Positions 1-12,982 are shown, counted from the stretch's first letter. The stretch is 64,000 bases of DNA from Eledone cirrhosa (GCA_964016885.1 OZ024744.1:90954001-91018000); one strand, 5' to 3'. A program made the numbers and translations. The notes: generated by a model from the sequence alone, not told the origin.

Positions 1-222
1 CGCTGTAATGTGGCCGTGTAGGTAACACGGTAAAAATTCCCAGTTCCACACTGTAAATGTGGTTGGTGTTAGGAAGGGCATCCAGCCGTAGAAAACCTGC
101 CAGATAGTCCTATATGAGCGAGACACGGTCACCCGACCAAACCTTGCCTCAAGTGGGACAACTCCCGTCTAACCCATGCTAGCGTGGAAAATGAATGTTA
201 AACGAAGATGATGATGATGATT
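1..222 (+). mobile_element. RTE-clade LINE 3' UTR end with (ATG)n tail (runs off the window start)
   Basis: Matches the 3' UTR that follows the RT ORF in the copy at 20265-22027 (cgctgtaatgtggccgtgtagg...aggaagggcatccag...aacccatgctagcgtggaa) and ends in gatgatgatga. Confidence 0.8.
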
Positions 223-279
223 ATGAACCTTTCAATTGCAAGGCCAATGCTCTAACCACTAAGCCATGTGCCTCCATAC

Positions 280-619
280 ATGGAGGCACATGGCTTAGTG
301 GTTAGAGCATTGGGCTTGCAATCGAAAGGTTGTGAGTTCAATTCTCAGACCGGGTGATGTGTTGTTTCCTTGAGCAAGACACTTTATTTCACATTGCTCC
401 AGTTTACTCAGCTGTAGAAATGAGATGATAGGGACTGGGGTCCCTATCATTCCACTGTAAAGTGGTTGTGGAGGTGCCATGGCAAAAAAGCACCCAGCAC
501 TCACTGTAAATGAGGTTGGTGTTAGGAAGGGCATCCAGCTGTAGAAATCAAGCCAGAATCAGTTCCCGTCCCACCCTTGTAAGCAGGGTAAAGTGGACAT
601 AAAATGAAATGATGATGAT
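280..619 (+). mobile_element. tRNA-derived SINE with conserved central domain and RTE-like tail
   Basis: A-box-like tggcttagtgg and B-box-like gagttcaattc. Central ccttgagcaagacactt...cagtttactcagctgtagaaatg resembles a CORE/Meta-type domain. The 3' part is shared with the RTE UTR and ends in (ATG)n. Confidence 0.75.
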
Positions 620-715
620 ATATATAAAAATTTGCATAAAATTAGCAGTTGAAAATTGCGAACAAATATCGTCCACACCCTGTATATATATATATACATA
701 TATATACATATATAT

Positions 716-835
716 AACATCCTGATCATCATCAACGTTTAATGTCTATTTTCCACGTTAGCATGGGTTAGACGAGTTTGTTCCATTTGAGGCAAGTTGG
801 CTCGGGTGACCGTGTCCTCGCTCATATGGGACTAT
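716..835 (-). mobile_element. Short RTE/SINE 3' tail fragment
   Basis: Reverse complement of the tail at 110-222 (catcatcaacgttt...tagcatgggttagac). Confidence 0.7.
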
Positions 836-937
836 ATATATATATATATATATATATAAATCAGATTTGATTCAGTTTGAAACCAGTTAGATCATAACTC
901 ACCAGAGTACTCAATACTTGGGGGTGACTCTTTATAA

Positions 938-978
<41 letters not shown>

Positions 979-1019
979 CACAGAGACCTTTGCATATACA
1001 AATGAATGTGAATGTGTGT

Positions 1020-2500
1020 GGAAAGAGAAAGTAAGAGTGAAAAGAGGAGACTCGTGATCTGGAGAAAGGAAGAGAAAAAGAGAAGAGGAGAGAATGGACA
1101 GAGATAGAATATTAAATATGGATAAGAAAAAAAGTGGCAGAGGGAGGCAGGGGGGGTGAGAATAAGAGACTGGAACCCCACCCACCCCCGTGAGAGGGAG
1201 AGGGAAGAGGAGATAAAGAAAAGTGGCAGAGGATGAGGGAGAGATGGGGGAAGAGAATAAGAGACTGGAACCCGTGAGAGAGAGAGAGAGAGAGAGGAGG
1301 GAGGGAGGGAGGGAGAGAAGAGGTGGATGGATGAGATTATGGAAACAAAAGGAAATAGATTAGAAAGAGTGAGAGTTCTCACACTACCTTTTACTAATTT
1401 TCTTTTAAAAACGATTTAAGAAAATAAATTAGACTGGATAGAGATTGCCTAGAAGAAAAATATTGGAGCGGAGAGAGGGGGGAGGGGGTTAGAATAGATT
1501 AGGTAGAAAATGCTTAGGATAAAATGATGGCAGGAGAGAGAGAGAGAGAGAGGGGGGGGATAGAATAGACTATATAGAGAATACATAGGAGAAAATGATG
1601 GAGGGAGAGAGAGAGAATATAGAATAGCATAGAGAATACTTGGGATAAAATGGAGGGAGAGAAGGGTGAAGAGAAAGAGACAGTGAGAGAGAGAGACAGT
1701 GAGAGAGAGAGAGGGGTGAAGAGATAGACAGTGAGAGAGAGAGAGAGGGGTGAAGAGATAGACAGTGAGAGAGAGAGAGAGAGGGGTGAAGAGATAGACA
1801 GTGAGAGAGAGAGAGGGGTGAAAGATTGACAGTGAGAGAGAGAGAGGTGTTTAGAATAGACTAGGCAGAGAGTTCTTGGGATAAAATGATGGAGGGAGAG
1901 AGGGGGAGAGAGAGAGAGAGAAGTAGTAGAATAGACTAGATAGTATACATAGGAGAAAATGGAGAGAGAGGGAGAGAGAGTGGAGGAATGAGAGAGGGTG
2001 AAGAGAGATGAAGAGACTAAAGAGAATGTATCAGAAAGAGAAGTGACAGAAAGTGAGAGAGGGTGGAAGAGATTAGATAGGAATAGATGGGAGGAGAAGT
2101 AAGAGGAAGATAAAGTGATAGAGAAAGAGGAAGAGAGAGTAATAGAAGAGACAAGGTAGAGAGAGAGGGGGAGAGAGGATGAGAGAGAGTGGATGAGAGA
2201 GCAGATCAGAGAATAAGGTGAAAGAGAGAGAGGACGAGAGAGGGAGAGAGAGAGAGAGTGAGAGGGAGGGGTGATGAGAGTGAGAGAGAGGGGGTGAGAG
2301 TGAGAGAGAGGGGGTGAGAGTGAGAGAGGGGGGTGAGAGTGAGAGAGGGGGGTGAGAGTGAGAGAGGGGTGATGAGAGTGAGAGAGGGGGGTGAGAGTGA
2401 GAGAGGGGTGATGAGAGTGAGAGAGAAGGGGGTGAGAGTGAGAGATAGAGAGAGGGTGTGAGAGGTGAGAGAGAGAAAGAGGTAGAAGAGATAGAAAAGA
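1020..2500. repeat. Polypurine (GA)n-rich low-complexity tract with short internal tandem units
   Basis: Near-continuous A/G on the + strand, with gacagtgagagagagagaggggtgaagagata and ggggtgagagtgagagag subrepeats. Confidence 0.9.
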
Positions 2501-2639
2501 ATGAAATTTAATTTTTTTTATTTAAACCCCCCCCCCCCCCTCTGCCAACCATTAAAATTTTCTTTTTAAATAAAAATGCGTCCTTTTTTCTTTTTATTAC
2601 AATTCTATATGTCTGTCTGTCTTTATGCCCATGTCTGCC

Positions 2640-3310
2640 TTTACATGTAACAGAAGCACTTAACAACTGGTGCTGTTTGTTTATGCATTGTAACTTAACA
2701 GTTTGACAGACAGAGATTGATGAAATAAGTACCAGATTTTTTAAAAAAAGAGAGGGGGAGGATGAAGAAATAAAGAGAGGAGGATGGAGAGAGATAGAGA
2801 ACTAGATACTGGAGTTTACATGATCACCTTTACACATTTTGAAGATGGCGTTGCCCCAGCATGGTCGCAGTCAAATGACTGAACTGGTGAAAGAGTGTTT
2901 TGATACTGGTTTCCTTAATAAAAAAAATAAAAAAAAGTATCAAAATACTCTTTCACCAGTTCTGTCATTTGACTGCGACCATGCTGGGGCAATACCGCCT
3001 TCAAAATGTGTATAGGTGATCAAGCAGACCCCCAGTACCTAGTTCCCGCTCTCTCTCTTTTTCTGTCTTTTTTTAAAAATCTAGTACTTATTTCATCAAT
3101 CCCTCGATAAAAAAAGAGTACCACTCTAGTACTGGGGTCGATTATTCCAACCATGCTGGGGACAACTCTGCCTTCAAAATGTGTATAGGTGATCAAGCAG
3201 ACCCCCAGTACCTAGTTTCCGCTCGCTCTCTTTTTCTGTCTTTTTTTAAAAATCTGGTACTTATTTCATCAATTTCTCAATAAGTACCAGTCAACTACTG
3301 GGGTAATGAT
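2640..3310. mobile_element. Cluster of SINE 3' halves: one + copy and two partial - copies, tail-to-tail
   Basis: gccccagcatggtcgcagtcaaatgactgaac (about 2853-2884) recurs inverted at about 2958-2992. A second - copy lies at about 3148-3280. Confidence 0.7.
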
Positions 3311-3744
3311 TCTTCCTCTATATATCTTTCTCACTTTCTCTCACTCTATTCTTCTCTGGAAGAAATCTACAGTCTACAGACCTGGAAAAGAGATGGGTTA
3401 CACCAGGTTTTTAAAAAAAAGGCTGCCCTAGGAAAATGCTGTATGTCAAAATGGAGCTCCTACAATTTCCTCAGGAGTTACGGGACCATGTATGTATGTA
3501 TGTATTATGTGGTTGGCCAAGTGGCTGGAAATAACAGCCAAATTTCCTCAAAAAAATCACATCCTCCTGTCATATAACAGAAAGAAGACATCGGACAATA
3601 AATAATATGATACTACATATAGTGGTGGGATTTAGTGAGGGAAAGAAAAAAAATAGACAGGTTGGTCATGGATGGAATGAACTGGGGTTAAATAACAACT
3701 GCCAGCACACATACACAAACACATTCATGGATGCATGTATGTAA

Positions 3745-5310
3745 TAATGGTGGTAGTAGTAGTAGTAGCACTAGTGGTGGTAGTAGTGGTGGTGGTGGTG
3801 GTGGTGGTGGTGGTGGTGGTGGTGGTGGTGGTGGTAGTTGTGGTGGTGGTGGTGGTAGTAGTAGTAGTGGTAGTGGTGGTGGTGGTGGTGGTGGTAGTAG
3901 TAGTGGTGGTGGTAGTAATGGTGGTGGTGTTGAAGGTGGTAGTAGTAGTTGTGGTGGTGGTGGTAATAGTACTTGTGGTAGTGGTGGTGGTAGTAGTAGT
4001 AGTCGTGGTGGTGGTAGTAGTTGTGGTGGTGGTAGTGGTAGTAGTAGAAGTAGTAGTGGTGGTGGTAGTGGTAGTAGTAGTAGTTGTGGTGGTGGTGGTG
4101 GTGGCGGTGGTAGTAGTAGTTGTGATGGTGGTAGTAGTAGTTGTGGTGGTGGTAGTAGTAGTGGTGGTGGTGGTGGTGGTGGTAGTAGTGGTAGTGGTGG
4201 TAGTAGTAGTAGTAGTCGTGGTGGTGGTAGTAGTAGTGGTGGTGGTGGTGGTAATAGTAGTAGAAGTAGTAGTGGTGGTAGTAGTAGTAGTCGAGGTGGT
4301 GGTGGTAGTAGTAGTAGTAGTTGTGGTGGTGGTAGTAGTAGTTGTGGTGGTGGTAGTAGTAGTAGTTGTGGTGGTGGTTGTGGTACATAAGCACGCTAAA
4401 ACTCAAATCATATCTGTAATACCTTTATATCCCAAAGTAAATATGATGGCAGTGCTTCGTAACAGTAGAGGTGGTAGTAGGTACAATACTAGCCATGATG
4501 GTGGTTGGTGACAATACTCCATAGTGGTAGAATTAAGTGGTAGTGGTGGTGGTTGTACTGGTGGTAGTAGTAGTGGTGGTGGTGGTGGTGGTGACAATGG
4601 TAGTAGTGGTGGTGGTGGTGGTGGTGCTGCTGGTGGTTGTGGTGGTAGAATTAAGTGGTAGTGGTGGTGGTTGTACTGGTGGTAGTAGTAGTGGTGGTGG
4701 TGGTGGTGGTGGTGGTGACAATGGTAGTAGTGGTGGTGGTGACAGTGCTGCTGGTGGTTGTGGTGGTAGAATTAAGTGGTAGTGGTGGTGGTTGTACTGG
4801 TGGTAGTAGTAGTGGTGGTGGTGGTGGTAGTGCTGCTGGTGGTTGTGGTGGTAGAATTAAGTGGTAGTGGTGGTGGTTGTACTGGTGGTAGTAGTAGTGG
4901 TGGTGGTGGTGGTGACAATGGTAGTAGTGGTGGTGGTGGTGCTGCTGCTGCTGCTGCTGGTGGTTGTGGTGGTAGAATTAAGTGGTAGTGGTGGTGGTTG
5001 TACTGGTGGTAGTAGTAGTGGTGGTGGTGCTGCTGCTGCTGCTGCTGGTGGTGGTTGTGGTGGTGGTATGGTACTGAGTGATGGCGGTGATGGTTGTGGT
5101 GATAGTGGTGACAATGGTGGTAGTTGCGCTGATAGTGATGTTGATTGTTGTGCCAATAATGATGACAATGATAGTGGTGGTGGTGGTGGTGGTGGTGGTG
5201 GTGGTTGCAGTAATAGTGGAGATGGTGGTGGTGGTGGTGGTGGTGGTTGCAGTGATAGTGATGACAGTGGTGGTGGTGGTGGTGGTGATGATGATGATAG
5301 TGATGTTCTT
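3745..5310. repeat. (GGT/AGT)n compound trinucleotide microsatellite with an internal 85-121 bp higher-order unit
   Basis: Visible trinucleotide runs. The marker ggtagaattaagtggtagtggtggtggttgtactgg recurs five times in 4525-5010. Confidence 0.95.
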
Positions 5311-5479
5311 AGTGTTAGTATAAATGGTAGGTTAGTAAGTAACTAGTAGTATTAGTAGTTTTCACTAGAATCTACCAAATAGTCAGCAATCTCATCATGT
5401 TGAAAATTCTTCAGGATAAATAAGACAAAAAAAAATCAATCTATGACTGACCAACCCATGAGATTTTCAGCAGCATTAT

Positions 5480-5628
5480 ACATACATGTTTTATAAACCC
5501 TTGTGACTAATAACGAAATAACTATATATATATATATATATATATACATTTCTAAACCCATGTAGTTAATAAAGATATAACTATATATATATATACATGT
5601 TTCTAAGCCCATGTAGTTAATAAAGAAA

Positions 5629-5669
<41 letters not shown>

Positions 5670-5699
5670 GTTTCTAAACCCATATAGTTAATAAAGAAA

Positions 5700-5766
<67 letters not shown>

Positions 5767-6516
5767 GTTTCTAAACTCATGTTGCTAATAAAGAAATAGT
5801 TATACATACATGTTTCTAAACCCATGTAGCTAATGAGCAAGACATGGTCTCCCAACCTGGACGTAAAATGGTGATGATAATGATGATAATGATGATGACT
5901 ATATATACGTTTCTAAACACATGTAGCTAAAAGAGAAATAGTTATACATACATGTTTCTAAACCATTGTGACTAATAAATAACTATATATATATACACAT
6001 ATTCTAAACCCATGTAGCTAATAAAGAAATAGTTATATATACATGTTTGTTAAACCCTTGTAACTAATAAAGAAATAGTTATATATACATGTTTGTTAAA
6101 CCCTTGTAACTAATAAAGAAATAGTTATATATACATGTTTGTTAAACCCTTGTGACTAATAAAGAAATGGTTATATATACATGTTTGTTAAACCCTTGTG
6201 ACTAATAAAGAAATGGTTATACATACATGTTTGTTAAACCCTTGTGACTAATAAAGAAATGGTTATACATACATGTTTGTTAAACCCTTGTGACTAATAA
6301 CAAAATAATTATATATATATATATATATATATATACATTTCTAAACCCATGTAGCTAATAAAGAAATATTTATATATATATATATATATATATATACGTT
6401 TCTAAACCATTGTGACTTATAACGAAATAGTTATACATACATGTTTGTTAAACTGTTGTGACTAAAAATCCAATTGCTATACATAAAATGTTTCTTAATC
6501 CTTGTCACTAATAACG

Positions 6517-6520
<4 letters not shown>
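5480..6520 (+). repeat. About 45-bp minisatellite (catgtttgttaaacccttgtgactaataaagaaatagttatatata) with variable (TA)n
   Basis: Repeated unit visible. The same motif resumes at 8332-8390 and matches the element end at 13372-13397. Confidence 0.85.
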
Positions 6521-6552
<32 letters not shown>

Positions 6553-6655
6553 GGAAGCAGAAAATTGATTTTTGTGATCCAGTTCGTGGTTAAGAAAGCC
6601 ATATATATATAATTTTAAATGTTAACAAATGAAAAATATTCGCATAATCAAAATA

Positions 6656-6726
6656 TATACTTTATTATATATATTTCAAAAGTACTGTGCTGTTTTTTTC
6701 AGTACGTCCTCATCAGACAAAATATA
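6656..6726 (-). ncRNA. Minimal type I hammerhead ribozyme (Penelope-type)
   Basis: The minus strand reads tatattttgt CTGATGA ggac-gtactg...cagtac-tttt GAAA t atat a TA ataaagtata. Stem I is 10 bp with 2 GU pairs, stem II is present, and stem III has a palindromic AUAU loop. Confidence 0.75.
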
Positions 6727-6924
6727 TGATTTGATATATGACATACCGCTACGGTCTTGATTATTCAATTCCCGTATTGGCAGTATTTTTATATATGCGA
6801 ATATTTTTCATTTGTTAACAGTTTGAATAATATTAAAAACTCCAGGAAAAGCCACTGTTGAGTGCTTCTAATCTATTGTAAAACTGTATTCGTTGAGTAA
6901 TCAATGAACCATATTAATCTTTGG

Positions 6925-6954
<30 letters not shown>

Positions 6955-6960
<6 letters not shown>

Positions 6961-8314
6961 TATAAAGCTGACAGCCGTATGTAGGTAACAATGTTTCCGC
7001 CAAACGACTGGACCAAACAGCACCAAATTGCACCATAGATATAACTTTTTCCAAGTAAAAAAAATGAGGGTATTTTTGTCTACTGAATTTTGTTAAAAGA
7101 TTAAAGACATTATTTAAATATTCACTTCTTTAAAATTTCAAATGTCAACACTTCCGGTCATACGTCATTCCTCACTTTTTCTTATGACGTCGCACAACAT
7201 TCCCCTCTTTTTCTTAGTCTGTCTCTTTAGATAGATACATAGCATTAGATAACGTTTTTCGAAATATTTACTTCTGCGTTCACAGACTGATTTTTTTTAG
7301 TTAAGGGTAAAAGCAGCGATTCTTTGCTTAAACTTTAATGTTATTTTAATATATATATTCGTGTACAGATATTTTTGCATACACAAAAACAAAAACCTAT
7401 TTATTTCATGAAAGCACAGACGGCTTATCGTCATTGTTACTGTTCGAGGTTAGAGGACCACAGTCTTTCCAAGATCTGAGAACCAACAATGGCCATCAAT
7501 GTTCCACTTTCCATTTGGCTTGCCAGATGCATGGTATGTTACACGATGACAGCAATTGGCACCTCACCCTGCAAGAAGCAGCAGCTGCTAAAGTCCCTTC
7601 TCAGTTGCGAACACCTTTTGCTATTATGGTGTACAACTGCGATCTTGCCGACCCTCTCGCAATGTGGAACAACCACCGTGAAAGTCTAGCTGAGGACATC
7701 CTCCACCGCACACGCAGACACAATCCAAACGTAACATACGATGTCTTTTCAATGAGGCGCTCATTTGTCTTGAAAACAGTGTCCTGGATATTGGTGGTAG
7801 GCCTCTAAGTCACTACAGCTTACCTGCTCCTGACAGGAGTGTCCAGAGGTCAACGTCTACAGAGCTTCTCCGCGAGACGAACTACAAGATCAGTGCTTCT
7901 CCCATGGTCAATTGTATGTAGGATGCTCTAGGGTGAGCTCGCCAAACAATCCCTTCATCTTTGCTCAGGAGGGCCAAACAAAAAATATTGTATACTCTGA
8001 GGCTCCAACAATGTAATTTAAATATTTTCTGTTACTTGGAATTTCCATTATGGTTGTACAAATTATTGTTTGTTAAAAAATGTGTTCTCTTTTCAGCCTT
8101 TATTGTTGTAACTATCAATTTTCTTTAACGTACTGGCTGCTGAACTGGGGAATCCTAAAAACTGTTCAAACCCAACATCAGAGCACGTTAACCCCCCACC
8201 CCCTCGCTGACTTGAGAGGGCGTGCGGTATCTTTGCACTGGAGTGTAGGAGGGATTCCTGAAAAGATAAAATGCTGGTACACCTAGCCCGGCGCCAGCGG
8301 GACGGACCAGCTAG
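6955..8314 (+). mobile_element. Internally deleted Helitron
   Basis: Start tatactataaagctg merges into (TA)n. Contains Rep/Hel coding remnants. A 3' hairpin cccg-gcgccag-cggg is followed by terminal CTAG (8311-8314) then T. Confidence 0.85.
7415..8005 (+). pseudogene. Helitron Rep/Hel (PIF1-like helicase) fragments
   Basis: LLFEVRGPQSFQDLRT..TF..AC...GML.DD..W..TL.EAA....PSQLR..FA is a typical Helitron motif. After a frameshift comes FNEALICLE...LPAP, then a jump to the C-terminal CFSHGQLYVGCSRV...TKNIVY. Confidence 0.85.
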
Positions 8315-8522
8315 TATATATATAAATATATACATGTTTCTAAACCCATGTAGTTAATAAAGAAATAGTTATATATACATATTTTCTAAACTGTTGGGGT
8401 GTGTGGTGAGGGGGATGTGGTGGTGTTGAGAACAGCTATCAGTGAGTGATAGTGGAGAGGGAGAAATGGCGTGGGCAGGTCAGGCCAAATATTATAAGTT
8501 AATAACAATTATAATATTTTAA

Positions 8523-8955
8523 CATCATCATCATCATTTAACGTCTATCTTCCACGCTAGCATGGGTTAGACGGGAATTGTCCCAATTTGAGGCAAGATT
8601 GGTCAGGTGACCGTGTCTCGCTCGTATAGGACTGTCTGGCAGGTTTTCTACGGCTGGATGCCCTTCCTAACACCAACCACATTTACAGTGTGGACTGGGA
8701 ACTTTTTACCGTGTTACCTACACGACCACATTACAGCGTGGACTGTGTGTTTTTTTTGTTGTGAGACCTACACGACCTCATTTATTTAGGACTGGATGTT
8801 GTGGTACCAACATAACTTTATAGAGGAAGGTTGGTGGGAGTAGGAGAGTGGAGTAGGGGCAGTGGGTTGGTTAAGAGGTGCCTACTGATTGTAGATTTCG
8901 CTTTGTATATAGGCAAGGCGGGTCTTCTGTATTACAGCATGGCGCCAAAGATCTC
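8523..8955 (-). mobile_element. RTE 3' end (last codons plus UTR) with a single copy of the 112-bp unit
   Basis: Reverse-complement homologue of 20805-22027, with a (CAT)n tail at 8523-8537. Confidence 0.8.
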
Positions 8956-8976
8956 GTTTTCACAATAAAAAAAAAA

Positions 8977-9174
8977 TACTACATGTACTTCAATATAAGC
9001 CAACCCCTTTATTTTAAGTCTGAGAAATGGGCAAAAATTCAAACCCCATTTATAAGCTGAGGCAGCTAATCAACACAATTATTTAGATGGCATATATAAT
9101 CCTATCGACATCCTCACAACCATTTTTTTTTTTTTGCCACATATTCCTCGATTTATATTCAACTATATACGGTA
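8977..9174. mobile_element. Degenerate Tc1/mariner-type MITE
   Basis: Imperfect termini tactacatgtacttcaatataagcc / tcgatttatattcaactatatacggta. Shares internal sequence with 24965-25284. Confidence 0.55.
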
Positions 9175-9183
9175 TGTTGTGCT

Positions 9184-9565
9184 TCATCATCATCACAATT
9201 TTACGTCCATTCTTTTACGCTAGCATGGGTTAGACAAATTGTCCTGATGGCCAGGTGACCATCTCTTGCTCATACAGAACTGATTCTGGCTTGATTTCTA
9301 CAGCTGGATGCCCTTCCTAACACCAACCTCATTTACAGTGAGTACTGGGTGCTTTTTGTCATGATACCTACATGACCACTTTACAGTGTGTGCTGGGTGC
9401 TTTTTGTCGTGATACCTACATGACCCCTTTACAGTGTGGACTGGGTACTTTCTGTTGTGACCCACATGACCATTTCACAGTGTGAGCTGGGTACTTTTTG
9501 TCGTGACATCTACTGGACCACTTTACAGTGTGTGCTGGGCACCTTTTACAAAACCACTTTACAGT
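9184..9565 (-). mobile_element. RTE 3' UTR / SINE tail with about 41-bp internal subrepeats
   Basis: ctggatgcccttcctaacaccaac followed by repeated tttacagtgtg.gctgggt.ctttttgtc units. Confidence 0.75.
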
Positions 9566-10629
9566 TTCACTGCAATGTTTTATTACATGTTTAAAATGGG
9601 AAAAGATGCCTGGTAACATGAATAAAAACTTACACATAGAATGTTGCTGGCATTCCATCATCAATCCAAGCAAACTTATAAAACAGGCATAGGTTGCATA
9701 GGATATGATTCATTACAAGGTGAGCTGTACTACTAAAAAATTCAAGGTAATTTTGAAATTAGGCATGCCATTCAGAAAGCTATAGTTTTCTCAATACTGT
9801 TCTAAAACAAGGTTGTCACTCATAAAAAAAAAGAAATGTATTTAATGACTGGCACAATATTCTTAGTTTCGATAAAAAATATCATGTTTCATAGCTGTAT
9901 TTTAGCATATACCAGTTTAGTCCACCAGTATTTGCAGGAGTTACATTCCTAGAGCACCAGCAAAGAATGAAAAACCACAAATAAAGGACATGGACCATAA
10001 AAATGCCTATAAACATCAAAATATAACGTAAAATGTAATTTAAAAAAAAAGGAGAGTCCAATAGGCTGGCAAATACGGTATATTGTTGTTAATAATTTAG
10101 TGTTAAAAATATATATATTGCCACGAAAAAAGCCATAACAAATTTGTGGAAGATATTTTCGATTCCGCGAATATGCTATGGTTTCCACGAACAATTATTA
10201 GCTACGTTCTAAGGAAAATTCCTTGAATAACTGGGACTGTAAATGCCGAGGATACACTGTATTTTGTTCCAGCCATAGAAAACCAGCCAGAAACTCTCCT
10301 ATATGAGTGAGACATGGTCACCCGACCCAACTTGCCTCTAAATGGGACAAACCCATCTAACCCATGCTAGCCTGGAAGATAGACATTAAATGATGATGGT
10401 GATGTTGATGAGGTAGAAAGAGAGATTTGACCTCCTGGACTATGAGGACCTTGACTGAAGCCTACATAGCTTCACTTCTTCAAACACTCCTTCCAGTGGG
10501 TTTCTGTCAAAAGCAACTGACTCTAATTAATCTGGTTAGAACCCCAAGCAAGGCCAGCAAAGTTCATGGATGTTATCCAACCATCTTACTATTACTACTT
10601 TGATGCTAAACTCCACCAGTTGCAGACTG

Positions 10630-11125
10630 CACATCAACATGACATATTTCTCTCCACAAAGTTCGATCACCAACAGCAGAGTTTAAAGAGCAAAGATCAA
10701 GTCAAGTCCATAAGTTGACATTATCAAGCCATCATTTTGGCTGCTGGCCCCTGCTTCTTTTACCAGCCAACCTTCCTTCCAGTCATAACTTACTCTATGA
10801 GTTGATCTTTTTATATGATCGTATAGTTTGAGTACTCTTGACTTGACAACTGATGTAATTGGTCTAAGTTTGGTGATGTTGAGCAGCTCACTGACACAGA
10901 TATGGTCGCTGAACCGCTTGCCATCCATAAGTCTCATGATGTGGTTCTGGAATGTAGATAGCTTCTGAAGTGACCTTGTTGTCCAATTAACACAGTCAAG
11001 ACCATATAACACAACTGGTAGGATGTAAGTATCGAAGATCTTAGCCTTCAAATGGTAGGAAACTCGTTTTGATGTTAGTACTTCCTTGTTCTTGTTGAAA
11101 GCTGCCCAACCTAGAGCTATAAGAT
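10630..11125 (-). pseudogene. RTE-like LINE ORF C-terminal fragment (divergent family)
   Basis: KAKIFDTYILPVVLYGLDCVNW...KL..FQN.IMR...RVLKLY.HIKR resembles the post-RT region of RTE elements and is frameshifted. Confidence 0.75.
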
Positions 11126-11240
11126 ACTGCCCATGTAGCCCATATTGTTGTTATGTAGTATGGTACTCTGACTATATTGTAAGCTATTGATGTTGACAAG
11201 GGAGAGCAGTCAGTGGGTTTGATATGGAAGGTAATATTAA

Positions 11241-11555
11241 CCCTTTCGTTAACATATTTCTAATGAAAGACGCTGCCTTTAATTTTCAAATCATTTCGAA
11301 AATAATCAAGAATTTGGTGTGATTTAGTCATATAACTAACTTTAGTATTTAAACTGGCTATATCTGGCCAGAACTCTCTCGCCTCTTTCTGTTCAAACTG
11401 GCTGTAACCGGCTGCTCATACTTATGTTAAGGTATTGTTCTCAAAATGAATATCAAAATCTCATAGATTCGATATTATGTGAGATAAATATGAGGTAAAG
11501 CCTTTACCATGAAAATATAATAATATATATATGGAATAATGTAAAAACTAAAGGG
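11241..11555. mobile_element. TTAA-flanked (piggyBac-like) MITE
   Basis: TTAA|ccctttcgtt ... aactaaaggg|TTAA. Confidence 0.7.
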
Positions 11556-11775
11556 TTAAGCTAGTGTTTGGAACACAACTTAACAAAATTTTCAGACATA
11601 AAATCATGATAGAAGGTTATTTAATAATTATAAACACTTTAACACTTTTGTACCATATTTCTAATGAAAGACACAACCAAGGATTTTCAAATGATTTTGA
11701 AAATAATGCCGAATTTGGTGAGATTTAATAAAATAACTTTCTGATTATGAAGCTGCTATTTGGAACATAACTTAA

Positions 11776-11984
11776 CCATTTACATTACTCTATATTTACT
11801 ACTATATTTTCACGGTAAAGGCTTTACCTCGCATAATTATCTCACATTATCAAATCTACGAGATTTTGATATTTATTTTGAGAACAATACCTTAACATCA
11901 GTATGAGGGGCCAATTACAGCTGGTTTGAATAGAAAGGAGTGAAAGAATTCTGGCCAGATGTGGCCGGTTTAAATGCTAAAGGG
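11776..11984. mobile_element. Second TTAA-flanked MITE, inverted relative to 11340-11555
   Basis: TTAA|ccatttacattac...atgctaaaggg|TTAA. The interior is the diverged reverse complement of 11340-11545. Confidence 0.7.
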
Positions 11985-12224
11985 TTAACAAGGGTTGACA
12001 TAAAATTACGATGAAAATAAATAAAAATATATGTAGCTTTGCATAAGGCCCTATAAGCTTGGTTGTTTTCAGGGGAGAGTGAATAGTACTAGAAATCCCA
12101 CCCATAGCTATATCTATTTGTCTCATCTTCACAGAAGTCTTCTGTCTAATATTTTAGAAAGGTACATTTGCATGAATTTTTGGGATGTGCATTTTGATGA
12201 AAACAAAGATTATTCGTTTGAGTG

Positions 12225-12300
12225 ACACACACGCACACACACACACATATATATATACACACACATACATACACACACCACATACACATAATATATATAT

Positions 12301-12355
<55 letters not shown>

Positions 12356-12456
12356 CACACACATACATACACACCACATAAACATAATATATATCTACAT
12401 ATATATACACACACACACACATATATATATACACACACACACATATATACACACAC

Positions 12457-12487
<31 letters not shown>

Positions 12488-12714
12488 TATATACACACAC
12501 ACACATATATACACTCATCATCATCATCATTATCAACGTTTAACGTCCGTGTTCCACGCTTGCATGGGTTTGGACGCTCATATATATATATATATATATA
12601 TATGTAAATACATATATATATACGCACATACATACACACACCACATACACATAATATATATACATACATATATACACAGACATATATATATACATACATA
12701 TATATATATACATA

Positions 12715-12746
<32 letters not shown>

Positions 12747-12982
12747 CATACATATATATATATACACATACACATATACACACATATATATATATAAATA
12801 TATATACAAATATATATACATACATATATATACATATATATATATATATACATACACACACACACACATATATATATACACATACATACATGCACATACG
12901 AAAATACCAACATGGGGGTGGGATATGTCTGTGTGCATGTGTGTGCATGCACACACGTGTGTGTGTGTGTGTGTGTGTGTGT
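12225..12982. repeat. (TA)n/(CA)n compound microsatellite with a short RTE tail at 12516-12578
   Basis: Direct inspection. Confidence 0.9.

Noticed and set aside
280-355. tRNA gene (also 13465, 42760, 42965)
   Set aside because: The A/B boxes are followed by SINE body and tail, and there is no complete cloverleaf.
3363-3489. Possible + strand exon (pyrimidine tract, one open frame, gtatgt)
   Set aside because: The peptide is unrecognisable and the donor is supplied by a (GTAT)n repeat, so support is insufficient.
3731-5346. Gly/Ser-rich and poly-Val ORFs (also 25267-27418 and 39866-42573)
   Set aside because: They are translations of trinucleotide microsatellites with no signal peptide or unique flanking coding sequence. 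A structural-protein exon cannot be formally excluded.
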